Shown piece after piece: positions 1 through 12,632 of a stretch of DNA of 64,000 nucleotides (its first letter is position 1; each line of letters starts with the position of its first letter). The stretch is from Rhina ancylostomus (lineage: Eukaryota). The stretch spans positions 13,903,978-13,967,977 of the forward strand of contig JARFYF010000059.1 in NCBI GenBank assembly GCA_030265395.1, written 5' to 3'. The notes beneath the pieces are model-generated. The model did no database searches. It was not told the origin of the DNA and saw nothing but the letters and a program-made list of their open reading frames with translations. The translations under genes and the position numbers were made by a program.

Positions 1-288
1 CTTCTTCCCCACTGGCATCAGGTTCTTGAACCAACCTGGAAAACCTTAACACTACCTCCAACTATATATTTTCCTCTCTGTCAATCTTGCACTAGTATCA
101 TTATGTTTAGTTTGCATACATGTGAGTTATGTATAATTTGTGTCAATTTAAGTTTATGTTAATTTGTGCTTGTCCTCATCTTGTAAAATACTCTGCTGCT
201 GCTGTGAAAAGCTAATTTTCCTGGCATTTATACCCGTGTATGTGTGTTTATGACTACAATAAACATAAACTTGACCTTGAACTTGAAC
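1..288 (+). mobile_element. Rex1/Babar LINE 3' end
   Basis: FFPTGIRFLN-type ORF2 terminus, followed by a T-rich 3'UTR, AATAAA and an (AACTTG)n-like tail. Confidence 0.65.
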
Positions 289-1079
289 CAGGCCTATTGT
301 AACTGAACCAGGAGAGATGGTACCAGGTAAACTCCAGTGTCATCAACTCCTCTTCAAACCGCTTATCTCAAGCTCTGAACAGACTGGAAGAGGTGTAATA
401 TACCACAATGAAGGACCGGGGATGATGAAATGGAAAAGGCAAGTCTGCACCCTGATGGGAGACTTCAGAGCCAATTCTGACCTTCTGTTATAAAAGTAGA
501 AATCAGTGATTCTTCAGGTCAACCTCTAGCTTTGCTACTTCTCTTCAGAGGTAACGCCCCAGTCCCAGCCCCAATTATGCCAATGTTTTCCTCTGAAACA
601 AGGCTTCCTCCCACATTCTCTGCCACCCTGCAAAGTGCCTTGGAATATCACACACGTTTTAGGTCACATATGTATTCTAGGAAATCCCACACCCACTGTG
701 TGTCCTTTGGCTTCAAGAGCTGAAGAAACACAGTGTTATGATATATGCTCGGGACCAGGTGCCTCCCCTTGTACCAGTGCAGGCTGTTACTGTTGTAGCT
801 GAATCATTGTTGTAATAGGGGAAATCTAATGTCTAGATCAAGATGCTGCAATTTAGCCACTTACACACACGAATCCATGAGGTACAAATGCTTGAGCAAT
901 GCCAGCTACCTTTTTTATTGCAAAATCTAAATTTTTCCAACCCCCTGGCCTTTTCCTGTTTCTATCCTGCTCTTTGATCCTTGCGTTGAAATCAAATAGT
1001 TCAGTTGTCCGGAACCTGAGCCTCTTTGTTCCATCTCAGCGCTGAACCGATATCCAGCATGAGCCCCTGTTCACCTTAC

Positions 1080-1262
1080 CTGCAGCAAAGCGAGCTTCTT
1101 TCAGTTCATCAGTCAGGTTGGAGTAATGGTCTTCATCCATTGGAGCAGCGTTACATCCTCTACGCTGGGCACCCCAACCCTTCCATTCAATTATGTGAGC
1201 GACACGCCCACTTGCCATGGCTGTTGGCTTGGTGATATGATCTTTCACTGTTTGAACCAGGC
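1080..1262 (-). CDS. fam131c: FAM131C coding exon 5 (FAM131 core domain), 183 bp
   Basis: ttttgttacag|GC...GCAG|gtaagg, phase 1-1. Encodes GLVQTVKDHITKPTAMASGRVAHIIEWKGWGAQ...LTDELKEARFAAG, the FAM131 signature. KDHITK and DELKEARF favour paralogue C over A or B. Confidence 0.96.
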
Positions 1263-1756
1263 CTGTAACAAAAAGTCGACGCCACACTTCACTACAATGA
1301 TGAACCATATCTAAATGTTTCATCGTATCCTTAAAAATTAACCATCTGCCTTTTGAATGGCAAGTATTATGAGTGAGATTGAAAGAAAGGACTCTTGTCA
1401 TAGTGAACAGGCCTTCAATTAGTCTCCCCCTTGGCACCACACTTTGTAAGTAATCCCCATCAGATATCATTCCAACCTTCACTTGTCATTTCCTTCGCTA
1501 AAGAACAAATTGTTTACTTTTAATCCTTCTTTCTATTAGCGTAGCTGGGGTAAAAGTAATGTCACGCAGGGCCTCACTGCAGGGCGAGGACAACAAGGTT
1601 GTGTTTCACATTCTAACAGAAAGAGAAAAGACAACACTGGACTTCCTCAGTACTGCAATGACCTGTCAGCCAGAGGTGCACTCTTCGCCTGCTGGAAATC
1701 TTCTTGAAAACATGTGTGCTGTATGTGTTTGATATTTCTTGCCGTAAAGCACAGTT

Positions 1757-2010
1757 AGTCATAGTCACAGAGTCGTACGGCACAAAAACAGGCCCTTCGG
1801 CCCACCTTGTCCATGCTGACCNNNNNNNNNNTGCCTTGGTGATTCAAGTGCTCATCCAGGTACTTCCTAAATGTGGGGAGAGTCTCTGTGTCTGCACCAT
1901 CTCAGGCAGTGCACTCCAAATACCAACCACCCTCTGAGTGAATAATTCTTCCTTGTACCTCCTCTAAACCTTTTCCTCCTTACTTTGAGTTTATGCCCTC
2001 TGGTTGTCAG
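1757..2010 (-). mobile_element. CR1 LINE 3' fragment
   Basis: Reverse of the ...gggccgaagggcctg... terminal motif and of the FTQRVVGIW region. Confidence 0.7.
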
Positions 2011-3624
2011 CACTTCCCAGTTCTTTGACATTGTGCAAGATTGGAAAATTACCTTTGAAATGCCGCCTTCAGGTCTGACTCACCAGCGGAAACAACTCTC
2101 TCCCATTCTCGACTTAGGCAGTCTCTTGGGACTGAGGATTACTTGCCTTGGGCGAAGAGTGGAAAGGTAATTTCTTTTAATTAACGTGAGATGGATGCTG
2201 CACACCAGTTATAAGATGTTTTTTACAGGGCAAGACTGAGGTCCTGTGGCAAGGGGGCACAAGATGAGTGGAGACCAGTGGACTTAACATGTGCACATAT
2301 GTGGCCACATACACAGATGCCCACTCACATGCTAATGACACGNNNNNNNNNCACTCTATCCATGTACACACATATAGGCACAAACAGGTGTATTAACACC
2401 TTCTTTCTCTGCTCCCTCCCCTATCACCCTTCCTTGCTCCCTTAGAAGGAAGGGAGGGCGCCAGTTACGAGGAGAAGGCAGGAGAATGGGGTTGAGAGCC
2501 ATGATAGAATGGCGGAGCAGACTCGATGGGCCAAATGGCCTAATTCTGCTCCTGTGTCTTATGGTCTTAGTTCCCTCTTCCTCCGAACTGATCCCTCCCT
2601 CTAGTCACTGGCCAACTGGGCTGAGGGCACACCCACCTCCGAAACATCACCAAATTGCTGGGATTAGATGGGTCTGCATCCACCAGAAGGATGTCTGAGA
2701 GAAGAGCCATTTCTCCCAGCTTCAGTAATGTTTGCTCATAATGTGCAGGCGGAGGCTTTGCCTCCACTAGGCTTGCTTCCGATGAACTCTGGTGGATTTG
2801 TGATTCTTCGTCATAGACACACCAGAGAGAAGACAGGATGTATTAAAGTTTGTACCAGGTCCTGAAGCTGTGGGCTCAACTGGGAATTGGATATTTAGAG
2901 AACAGAGGAAAATTTTTATAAATTTGGATATTGAATATATATCTGATTTAGGGAAAAATTACATTGGATCATTAGGGATACACTGGTTCAAGTAGGGATT
3001 TCGACAAGTACCCCTTCACCCTGAGCAGTCAATACAATGAAACCGCTAAAAGTCATTAAACCCAATCAAAAATTTAAACTTTTCCCACCTCTATAACTCT
3101 CTGCCTGAATTTTAAGGTGCTTACAACCCCAGGTAGGCTGTCAGAGAGATTGAATCTGGCCTGTTATTGAACTTCTTGCTTCCTGCGCATTCACAGCAGA
3201 GATTTAGAAGGACCTGGGAAAGCTGCAGGCTGACTTAGTTCGACCAGTGGTTTCAAACTGATCATCAGTTCATTTTACTTGAGTCACTGTTGATTATCCT
3301 TGAGTGGGGAAGATCCTGCGCATTGGAGGCTGTTGTGCACCAGTTGCTCACCACCAAATGTGAGTTTATAACAGAGCATCGTTAAACTCAAAGCCAGCCC
3401 CAGGGAACTGCAACTCCTTCTCCTGACCCCAGGGCTCCTTGTGCAGGGCAGGCACCTCACGTTTCATCAATGTCGTCCAACCTCAGGCCAAGCTGCCCAA
3501 TGGCTGGGAACACATTTCCTTTCTTCCTCCAACTATGCACACCTGCTTTGTGCTTCGATGGGCTGGATAGAACACACCTCCTGTCAACGGTCTTTAGAGT
3601 GCTGCTAGCCAGGACGGAAATAAT

Positions 3625-3898
3625 TTTAAAGTGATTGGAGGAAGATATAAGGGGCATGTCAGGGGTAAGTTCTTTACACAGGGAGTGGTGGGTGCATGGA
3701 ATGCACTGCCAGCAGACGTTATGGGGGCAGATATATTAGGGACATTGAAGAGACTCTTAGATAGATACATGAATGATAGAGAAATGGGGGGACTATGCTG
3801 GAGGGAAGGGTTAGGTAGATCTTAGAGCAGGATAAAATGTCGGCACAACATTGTGGGCCGAAGGGCCTGTCCTGTACTGTAGTGTTCTATGTTCTATA
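3625..3898 (+). mobile_element. CR1 LINE 3' end
   Basis: ORF track IGGRYKGHVRGKFFTQGVVGAWNALP...LKRLLDRYM, with a gggccgaagggcctg...(gttctat)n tail. Confidence 0.85.
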
Positions 3899-5059
3899 GC
3901 TCTCTGCCTCCTGCTCTTCAGCTCATCTCCAACTTCTGAGTGTATGTGTGTTTAAACGCAGAAGTCGGAGACAAATGGTGGCCAGATGCCGGTGCATTGG
4001 CCCCTGGATTCACCACTGAATCCATTGTCAAAGTATCGGCGTGCTGAAGGAAGAGGCCAGACCCTGGTTGCCCTGCATAAAGCATGGTGGGCACAAAATG
4101 GCTGCCCCTTTTCAACAAAGAGTAGAAAGGTAAGTGCAGATAAGTTGTTTTGTCATTCCACTTTATCTTAATGTTTTTAATTAATTTCTTGTCTTTTAGA
4201 GAGTTTCTTCAGTTGTAATTACTTCAAATAAGTTTTACTTTTTATATTAAGTATTTAAATCTCTTTGGCTGTCAGACACTATTGAAAATAATTCAAAGAC
4301 CTCTGACAGGGTGAGCTGTCAAAAGGCCATCAGGGATTTCTGAGGGGGTGGGGCCTAAGGATCTACCACCTGAAGCCCCAGTCGCTGGTCACAACTCACT
4401 CCGCTCCATGGGATGACTCTTGCACATGGAGAGTTGGCTTCGCTGGCCCTCCTCATCGTTAACAGGTTAATGCCGGCAGGCACATTGGGCAGTGTATTTG
4501 GGGAGTTGGCCCAGTATCTGTAATGTTACTGTTTAATATGATGGATCAGATCAATAACTGAACACAGTGAGAACTGATTCACTTTCTAATTTAGCTTCAC
4601 ATTCTGTCTCACATTTTGTACTGGTAACACCAGTTAACACTGCCAGTCTTCAGTGGGACACAACATTAGCCTATTATGCTTATGGACAGTGGGAAATCAA
4701 TAGTTCAATGAATCAACCCCTAATAACCTTAGAACCAAATAATTTTCCATAAAATTGACCCATCACAAACAGAGCAATGCAAGCTACACTTGTAACTGCT
4801 GTCTGTCACGTGCACAGTATTTGGGGATGTACCCCCACCCAATGTCTAGATCGACAGGGACGTGGCAGGCCATAGGGATTGTTTCTGTGCTGTATGTCAC
4901 TCTGGTTCAAACCCTTTCTGTTGATACAATGTTCTGGTAGGGCAGGTACTTCTGTGGTTTGTGCAATTTTAAACAACTGAGTGTGACAAAAATTATTTTA
5001 AAAATCATGTTGGTGGTGAAAGGATCTACCAGAATAGTCCTGGGCACTTCAGTTACTTT

Positions 5060-5452
5060 CTGGGCTGGAGAGGCTGCTGAGGTTCTCCTCAGTGCAGAGA
5101 AGTTTAAAGGAGATTCGATAGGTGTATTCAAAATCAGGACAGGGCCTGGACAGAATAAAGGGAAACTGTCCCCTTTGGCAGAAGGTTCAGCAACCAGGTG
5201 ATGCACATTTGAGGCGATTGAAAAAGGGCCAAAGGAGAAACAAGGGGAGCAGCAGTTATTACCTGAAGTGAACCCTCTGAAGTGGACTCAATTGGGGCTT
5301 TTGAAAAGGAATTCACTGGGCACCTGAAGGACAAGAATTGCAGAGCTACAGGGAAAGAACTGGGAAATGGGAGAGACTGGATCATTTTTATGAAAGGCTG
5401 GAATGGGCTTGATGGGCCAAATGGCCTCGTTCTCTGATGTACCAACTCTATA
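5060..5452 (+). mobile_element. Decayed CR1 3' fragment
   Basis: GDSIGVFKI motif and a gatgggccaaatggcctc tail. Confidence 0.65.
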
Positions 5453-6309
5453 GTTGAATTTATAAATGCTAATGACTTGTAGTACATAGAAGGCATCACA
5501 CCAGCTGCAACTGTCAGTTGCAATTTACATAACCAGGCTTCCTTATACCTGGTTACATAGAATTATATAATGCTGAAGGAATCCACCATGCCAGCTTAGT
5601 AATATGAGAGGTTTTCTAGTTCCATTCTCCTGCCTTTTCCCCAACACCCAACAGATTTTTTTCCTTTCCTCTAGTTATCCAGTTCCCCGTTGAAGGTTAC
5701 TGTCAGTTCTACTTCTACTTCCACTTCGCTTCCTGGTGGGACCTACACGGGATGTCAGCTCACTGCCCTGGTCTGGCTTTGGACTTCAGCCTAACCCAGT
5801 GCATTTTCCACACTCATCACAACTGATGTAATGCTAGCCCAGTGCCTTGGTTCTCAAGTGATGTTATGCTTTAAAATGAAGTTTATTTATTTCAATTTTT
5901 TAATGTTTCATATTAGAAATATCCAAGAATATCTCAGAGTTACTCCATTCCCTATTCTGCTACCTGGTAACAAGTTAGGAACAGGAATAGGCCATCTCCT
6001 CCCTCACCCCTGCTCTGCCATTTGTCAAACCCATGTCTGACCATCTGCCTTGATGCCATTTTGCAGCCCTATCCCCATGCCCCTGATTCACTTAATATCC
6101 AGAAATCTATCGAACTCTATTTTGAATGAACTCAATCTTTGGGGCTCTGGAGAAGAGGATTCCGATGATTCATCACATTCACCAGGAAGAAATTCCTCCT
6201 CAATTCTGTTCTAAACCGACTCTTCCTGATAAACAACATGGCAAAGCACAAAAAGGATTCAGAAGCTTTTCAGCTCTGGAGCGCTTGGTAACAGGCAATA
6301 TTAACCTAC

Positions 6310-6403
6310 CAACCAGTGATGATCTTGCAAGTGCATTAATATCGTAGCCGTTCAGTGTCTGCTTGGAGCCAGAAAAAAATCCATTGGTACTTCCGAAGCA
6401 ATT
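6310..6403 (-). CDS. fam131c: FAM131C coding exon 4 (NCFGSTNGFFSGSKQTLNGYDINALARSSLV G), 94 bp
   Basis: gatttag|AAT...GTTG|gtaggt, phase 0 in and 1 out. Aligns with human RCFQTTNGYLSDSRSRPGNYNVAALATSSLVG. Confidence 0.93.
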
Positions 6404-7214
6404 CTAAATCCCAAAGACGAGGACAATTAAACATTTTTCAAAATAGTGGATTGCAGGTACAAAAGTGTACAATAATGCCACTTAAATCAGATTATTAAGG
6501 GGCTGTTATATACAACAGGGTCCACTGCATACACATGCATCACATGTTTAATGTTGTCATATTATCCCATCTTTTCTTTAGAACCCATGCAGACACCGTT
6601 TATGAATTGTGACATATTGGAGATGGGTGACGTGGAGGTTTTGGATCAGTTGGGAATGGGTGGGGGAAGGGGCAGGAAGCACTCGGTTGTTTCTGTTCCC
6701 TCCTTATTGTTCCCCCTCATTAGCTGGGCTTAGTGTTGAGGGAGCTAGCGTCTCTCCTGTGCTTCCAACTCCAGGAAATGGGTCATGCAAGTGATCTGTC
6801 TAACAGAAGAGGAGATCACAGCTGAGTCCGGCCGTTCTGGTGCAACACCTACGTATGCCTTTGCAAGCAGGGACTGGGTGGCAATTAGTTCAGGGAGTCC
6901 TGCCTGATTTTTATCTTCCTTACTTTGAGGTGTTCGGCTNNNNNNNNNNNNNNNNNNNNNNNNNNNNNNNNNNNNNNNNNNNNNNNNNNNNNNNNNNNNN
7001 NNNNNNNNNNNNNNNNNNNNNNNNNNNNNNNNNNNNNNNTTTTTATCTTCCTTACTTTGAGGTGTTCAGCTCATTTGCAACGTCCCTTACAGGCTGAGAT
7101 CCACTCTTCACTCCTCACTAGACAGCATTGGTCTATGATCCCAGCACCTTGGTACCATAATCACTGTTACTCAAACATACGCAACTTCTTCCTATTCCTC
7201 TTCCCTTCAAAGAA

Positions 7215-7640
7215 AGGCTTACATTTATCTAATGCACTTCATAACCTCTGCACCTCAGAAGATGCTTTATAACTTATTGCAATTTTTTAAAAGTGTGGTC
7301 ACTGTTGCAACGAACAAATCATAGCAGTTTGTATGTGGCAGGGGTTGGTTGGTGGGGGGGGGGTCCCTGGGCAATTAGTCTGACAATGCACAGTTTTACT
7401 GAAGCTGCTTGAGGGGTGAATATGAGCCAGAACACCATTGTTAACTCCCCTGCCCTTCCTCATATTGTGCCACAGAATTGTTTCATCCATTCAAGACGGT
7501 ATTGGTTCAGCCTGCAAAGGATAGCACTTCCAACAATACAGCACTCCCTCAGCAACGCACCAGAGTGCCAGCCAAAATAGTTTGCAATAGGACTTAAGTC
7601 CACAACCTTTTGACTCAGAGGCAGGAATCACACTCACTGA
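7215..7640 (-). mobile_element. Deu-domain SINE (SacSINE1-like)
   Basis: Reverse of the tRNA-like head, the cagcactccctcag core and the Deu/L2-type tail. Related copies lie at ~30640-31040 (+), 44780-45100 (-), 46915-47310 (-) and 61330-61520 (+). Confidence 0.6.
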
Positions 7641-7891
7641 ATATCTGGCAACACTCAGACTTGGGGGGGGGTCATCAAACCATTGCTTTTCCTCATCTTC
7701 CCAATTACTGTCCAGAACCTCGGCCCTTAATCTATGTCCCTGAGTACGTAGGTCCAGACACTGGAGCCAGGAACTTCCTTTTGTGTAAGGCACCTTACCG
7801 CATTAGACAAGTAAGGACCCTTGTCAGTTTGTTCCTTACTTCCAAGTGCAGTCCTGCATTTATCCACATTCAGGATGAAGGAGACACTGAC

Positions 7892-7930
7892 CTGTATGAT
7901 GGGGTCCCAGCAGAAATCTGTCCTGTCTTG
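7892..7930 (-). CDS. fam131c: FAM131C coding exon 3 (QDRTDFCWDPIIQ), 39 bp
   Basis: tatatttcag|CAA...CAG|gtcagt, phase 0-0. DFCWDP matches FAM131C DKQMDFCWDPWQ and FAM131B QTRTDFSWDG. Confidence 0.92.
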
Positions 7931-8149
7931 CTGAAATATAATCCATCAATAGAAAAAAACATTAAATCAACAGTGGAATTATAAAGTCTCATTTCCTTTT
8001 CCAATTTTCATTCTTTGTGTCCTTGTTGACTCTTGGTTATGTACCATTCCATTAGCTTTATCTTGGCAAAGATTTAAAGTGGGCATTGTTAATGGATTTT
8101 TATGGGGTATTTCACAGGATAACAATTAGTGCTGAAGCTATTTATAATG

Positions 8150-8343
8150 AAAACTGGAAGTGCTGGAAACACTCAGCAGGTCAGGCAGCATCTGTGGAAA
8201 AAGAAACAGAGTTAACGTTTCAGGTTGATGATCCTTCATCAGAACTGACAATGGGTTTCGGACCTGAGGCATTAACTCTGTTTCTCTTTCCTCATTGCCT
8301 GACCTGCTGACTGTTTCCAGCATTTACGGTTTTTATTTTGCAG
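8150..8343. mobile_element. Penelope-like palindromic terminal-repeat remnant with a hammerhead-like core
   Basis: gctggaaacactcagcaggtcaggcagc...gcctgacctgctgactgtttccagc inverted arms. Minus strand has CTGATGA-aggatcatcaacct-GAAAC-GTT. Confidence 0.75.
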
Positions 8344-9957
8344 TGAGTGTGGTTTTCTGATTTCCACTGCTGATGTGTCCAAAAGCTGAGACTGATGATT
8401 GACCCTCCTCGTCCAGGTTTGCAGAATTGGGTCCTTTGTGGACCAACAAGAGAAGTCATGGGGCAAGCTTTGAACTACTGGCATTTTCAAAAAGAGGTCA
8501 ATATTTTTTGACTTACATTTGCAGTTCCTGGGAGATGCCCACTTTTCCATCATCAATATCCAGATGGAAGTGTGGTGGGGTCTTATTTATTCAACAAACT
8601 GAGGCTTCCAAAGGGATACCTGAAATAGCTGAAAGGAACCTCTCAGCCATTGAGGCCTTAACATTGCAAATATTGCAAGGCAGATAGTTGGGGGTGGGGC
8701 CCAAACCAAAACAAGAGGATGTCCAATGCAGGATAAAGTAGCTGAAAGCACTGCCGATAACAGTGGCTTAGGGAGAGGAGAGCCTGTGCCCAGGTAGGGA
8801 GGTTGCAGAGTGCAAGTATGTGTACAGGCCCAGAGCACGTGGCAGGGGTAGTGTGCAGCGTGGCCATAGGGAAAATATTTAGGTGAGGACAAAGATTTTG
8901 AGCAGGAAGCTGAGAAGCCGATGTAGGTCAGCCAGGGCAGCATGAATGGGAGATGGGAGCTTGTGTGGAATAAGATGCAGATGCAATCCTGGTTAATTAA
9001 TGGAGGGCAAAACTGTTGAAGAAGCTTGTGTCATGTCCAGGCTGCGAGCGACAGACAGCGATGTAGGCTTTAATGGTCATGGGGGTGAGGTAAGGATGGA
9101 AATGTGTGCTGTTTCAGGCACATGCAGTCATTATCACGTTTAGATGTGGATTAACTGCAGGAATGGATTCAGTTCTGCTCCGGTAGGATGACCAAGTTGA
9201 CTTTCAATAGAAGGACATCACATTAGGGCCAGCAAGCAGTATTCTAAGCTGGGTCGAAGCAGGATTTCTTGGTCACAGAATTCATCTGTGCAGAGATCAT
9301 TTTTATTACAGAAAGGGAGACGAATTGTTTCCAGGACGGTCCAGGTTTGTATCGCTCCAGTCACCATATTGGGAAGGGCATTGTGAGTCTGAAGCCCGCC
9401 AGGAGGATATAGAGCACACTGGTACCTCACTTCACTCTCAAGATGTATTCCTGGGATTAATGGAATCAGTGCAAAATGGGATCACTCTCACGTAATATAC
9501 AGAGATTACTCTCAGTGATGTTGTTCTGGGCATCTGGCACGAATCACCTTTCCCGTTCCGCTGCTGGGAAGTTGGCTGAGGGCTCAGCCCCCTGTTACTG
9601 CTCCTGCGGGAATGAAATGGTTAAACTGATCCTGTTGGAGCAAGGCTCAGTGTGGAGTGGGCCACTGAGGCAATGTGCAATGACGTCGAGGCCTGGTGTT
9701 GGCAGAGTGGGACGGTCAGTGCAGCCACTCAGCGCTGAGATGTGGAGCTGGAATGGTGAGTGTGGCCGTTTCTGGCGACTGGCAGGCCTGTTGTTTGCGT
9801 TGACAGACCGGATCCTATAGTCTCTCTCATCACCTCCTCTTGGTTACTGACTCCTCCTCGCTTTGTTTGGCTCACAGCTCTCCCCAGCCGAGGAGGTCAC
9901 AAGCTCGATGGCCAATGTCTATTCTTGAGCTTGCTATCATTGAGAAATATCTGGGCT

Positions 9958-10205
9958 GGTAATTGGTAATTGGTTTATTATTGTCACATGTACCAAGATA
10001 CAGTGAAAAGCTTTGTTTGTGCGCCATTCCATAAGTACGTCACAGTAGTGAGTAAAGCAATAACAAAATACAGAATATAGTGTTCCAGTTACAGAGAAAG
10101 TGCAGTGTAGGTAGACAAATAAGGTGCAAAGACCGTGACAAGGTCGACTGAGAGACCAAGAGTTCATCTTTGTTGTATAAGAAGTCTGTTCAAGAGTCTT
10201 ATAAC
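9958..10205 (-). mobile_element. Rex1/Babar LINE 3'UTR
   Basis: Reverse complement of the 3'UTR that follows the Rex1 ORF at 27050-27285. Further copies lie at 20515-20785, 28935-29160 and 37385-37555. Confidence 0.75.
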
Positions 10206-11011
10206 TGCAGGGATGTTTTAACAGTGGGGAGCTGGGTAATCACAGTAACCATGCCCCTAAACAAAGAGAGGGAGAGACAGCAGCTTCCATCACATCCAGC
10301 AGGAGGTGATGAGGGATTGGGGTCTGTCAACAATCAGAGCAGGGGGCTGCCTGTCCCCAGTAACTGGCCGCACTCATTGTACTGACAGCATAGACTTGAA
10401 CACCACATCTCAGCACCAAGCGGCTGCTTCACTCACCCCAGCCCTGCCCAACACCAGGCCTCACAGGCAGCCACAACACCTTGCCTCAGTGATTCACTTC
10501 ACACTGAGCCATGTGGCAGTGAGATCGCTGTTTTGTCATTACAGGGTTCCAGGCACAGCAGCGCACAGTCTAAGTGAATGTCCTTTCTAAAGTCCGGGAT
10601 GGGACATACTTACGTAAGTTTGGACTCCGGGATCAAGAGTGCTTCAAGGAATAAGTACCCTGAGGATTAGTGCTAAGCAGGATACCAGTGTAGGTATCTT
10701 CACGTCACCTTGATTTGAAAGTAATATTTCCATATTTGAACTCAGTATTGCAACTGGTGTATGTTTAAACCTTGTGCAGCTGATCATGGTTCATTAACAG
10801 CATAGGGCAGCTCCTGACCTCACTGCTAAACGTACTAGCAGGGATCATTAATTAATTGCAGATTAGTTGCTGTTTAATTTCTGCGGCTCATTGTTTCAAA
10901 TAGTGTTTGATGCTTGCAATCTTGTTGGGTGTTTGTATCATCCACAAGGAGTAGTGTGCCAGGGTCTCCAGGAGCTTGCATTGACTTCAAGTCCTCTGTA
11001 TTATGCCAGTC

Positions 11012-11635
11012 ATGGGTCCAGTAGCCATTCCTGTGGGACTGTAGCTGGATGAGCAGAGAGCAGAAGCTGCTGCGAGCAGAGGAAGGAGGAGAGGCAGGAG
11101 GCTGCCACATTCACCGAGGGACTTCCAGAAGCCATTCCCCTTCATCTACATCACAGAAGAACAATGTGTGAGGTTCCTGTGAAGCAGTGAGGAGCCCCTC
11201 ACTGAAATATACCGTGTGCTCCACACAACTATGCAAGCAGAGCTGTGTGAAGACTGCTCCATCCATGGCTGGGAAGCTAATGATTGTCATTCAACATCTA
11301 CCCATGAATTCCTTCCAAAATGAAGCTGTCATGATTTAATAACATATCATGGGTTGTTTTCTTCTGCTGCATAAGAGAAGCCTCCATTCCAAGAAGGCTA
11401 AATACATGTCACCTTCCTTGCAAAGGCAGCAGGTTGAGTGAGCACTCAACTTCACCAAGGCTGTGGGTTAGTGCAGTGTCCCACTCACTGCATCTTTCAG
11501 CATGCCACACGTAAGCCTTGATTGTGTGAAGATGAGCATTTGACGATGTACTCACTAACCTTGACCAAGTGTTTGGGATCATTGAGTTTTAAGCCAACTT
11601 GCATTTAGGTACTTGGCTCCTGGCTCCATGACCTG
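11012..11635 (+). pseudogene. Decayed PIF/Harbinger (HARBI1-like) transposase in fam131c intron 2
   Basis: Hand translation across stops and frameshifts gives MGPVAIPVGL*...RGRRRGRR...FIYITEEQCVRFL*...LTEI...KTA...NIY..NSFQ...NISW...CCIRE...ALNF..AVG..VQCPTHC...PGS.HD. This follows the Harbinger order SEEQC-RLRF / FYASGSFQ / GFP-VQGAIDCTH / PGS-HD. Confidence 0.7.
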
Positions 11636-12507
11636 AGCTATCACCACCCTCTGCCTTTGTGCTGTATATCTGGGTAACTCCCTGACTTCCTCAGACAGGA
11701 CGGAGAACCTCTCTCCTACTTTCTACCTCCTCTTTTAGCACCAACACAGCAAAATCCTGGAGCTGAGACTCTACCTATGGCATCCTTATTTCAGCAAGTC
11801 CCACTTGCCCATCAAGTCATAATACAACAACCCTTTAAGAGCTTTAAGTAGTGCAGGTATCAGAAACTGTCAAGGTTGAGGCACCCTTTGGAAGTATTGG
11901 CCAACCTAACAGTGCACTTAGCATTGGCTGGATGGTGAACATGCCAGGTCAAAAGGTCGCAGGCTAATCAGTGTCACAATGGTCCAAGCCTGTTTTCCAC
12001 TGCTCCACCATTTCACTTTGACACCATTGACCATAGGAAGTTCAAAGTCATTCTTAATGTGACATTGGTCAGGCAGGATGTCACCCATGGTGAAATCAAG
12101 AGTGGTACTGGGGCAGTGAAACCGACCATAAAAGCTGCCCTCTTTCTTACGGATGATGTAAGTGTCGCTTGAAGCCTCCACAGGAAAGGAACAGGTTCTT
12201 CTGGGACAGAAGGGAGAATGGAACCAGATGAGAGGATGAAAGATGCAAGAGCACAGGGGAGAGGTAGCAGAGGACAATGGGATGGGATGACATGGTGAAA
12301 ACTGCAGAGAGATTGAATTGGACAATAATGGACTCCAGTCAAATACCCAGACCAGGGAACTTCAGTGCTGAGGGTTAGACAGAGAGGGAGGTGAGAGGAA
12401 GGGCGTTTTATAAGTGGTGCTTTGGTTAGGATGGAGGATTGGCGTAGGTGCTAATCTTCATTATTTAGTGCAGCATGGCCGTGTAGAGCTGGCACAGAGA
12501 TCATTAC

Positions 12508-12632
12508 CTTGCAGACATCGTGGTTGTCAGCAGCCGGCGGATGTTCTCTCTTCTCCTGAGCCACAGTCTTATTTGTATTTGGAGGGGCATCGCCAGTACT
12601 TGAGGGATTATCATAAACAGCTGTGAGAATTT
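12508..12632 (-). CDS. fam131c: FAM131C coding exon 2 (EILTAVYDN...DNHDVCK), 125 bp
   Basis: Acceptor catttcatctctttag|AA and donor AAG|gtaatg. Phase 1 in and phase 0 out joins exons 1 and 3 exactly, with an open frame. Similarity to human DLFTSAHKN...VIGK is only weak. Confidence 0.8.

Noticed and set aside
1-1079. fam131c exon 6 (VAEQFAI...)
   Set aside because: No such peptide found here. It presumably lies left of the window.
1036-1482. 148-aa ORF as a standalone gene
   Set aside because: Only 1080-1262 is exonic. The rest is open intronic frame beyond clear splice sites.
6907-7071. Direct repeat ttttatcttccttactttgaggtgttc on both sides of a 100-N gap
   Set aside because: Typical unmerged contig overlap (one mismatch, probably allelic), so an assembly artefact.
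8517-8620. Exon-like unit with good minus-strand splice sites in intron 2
   Set aside because: It has stop codons in the frames needed to join exons 1 and 3. At best a cryptic or poison exon with no support.
9366-9451. Alternative in-frame candidate for exon 2 (GIHLESEVRY...PNM)
   Set aside because: Weak donor (gtgact) and no similarity to FAM131. The unit at 12508-12632 fits better.
10608-10619. 12-bp palindrome ACTTACGTAAGT (PAR-bZIP-like; donor-like on both strands)
   Set aside because: Single short motif with no supporting context, and the adjacent candidate exon has stops.
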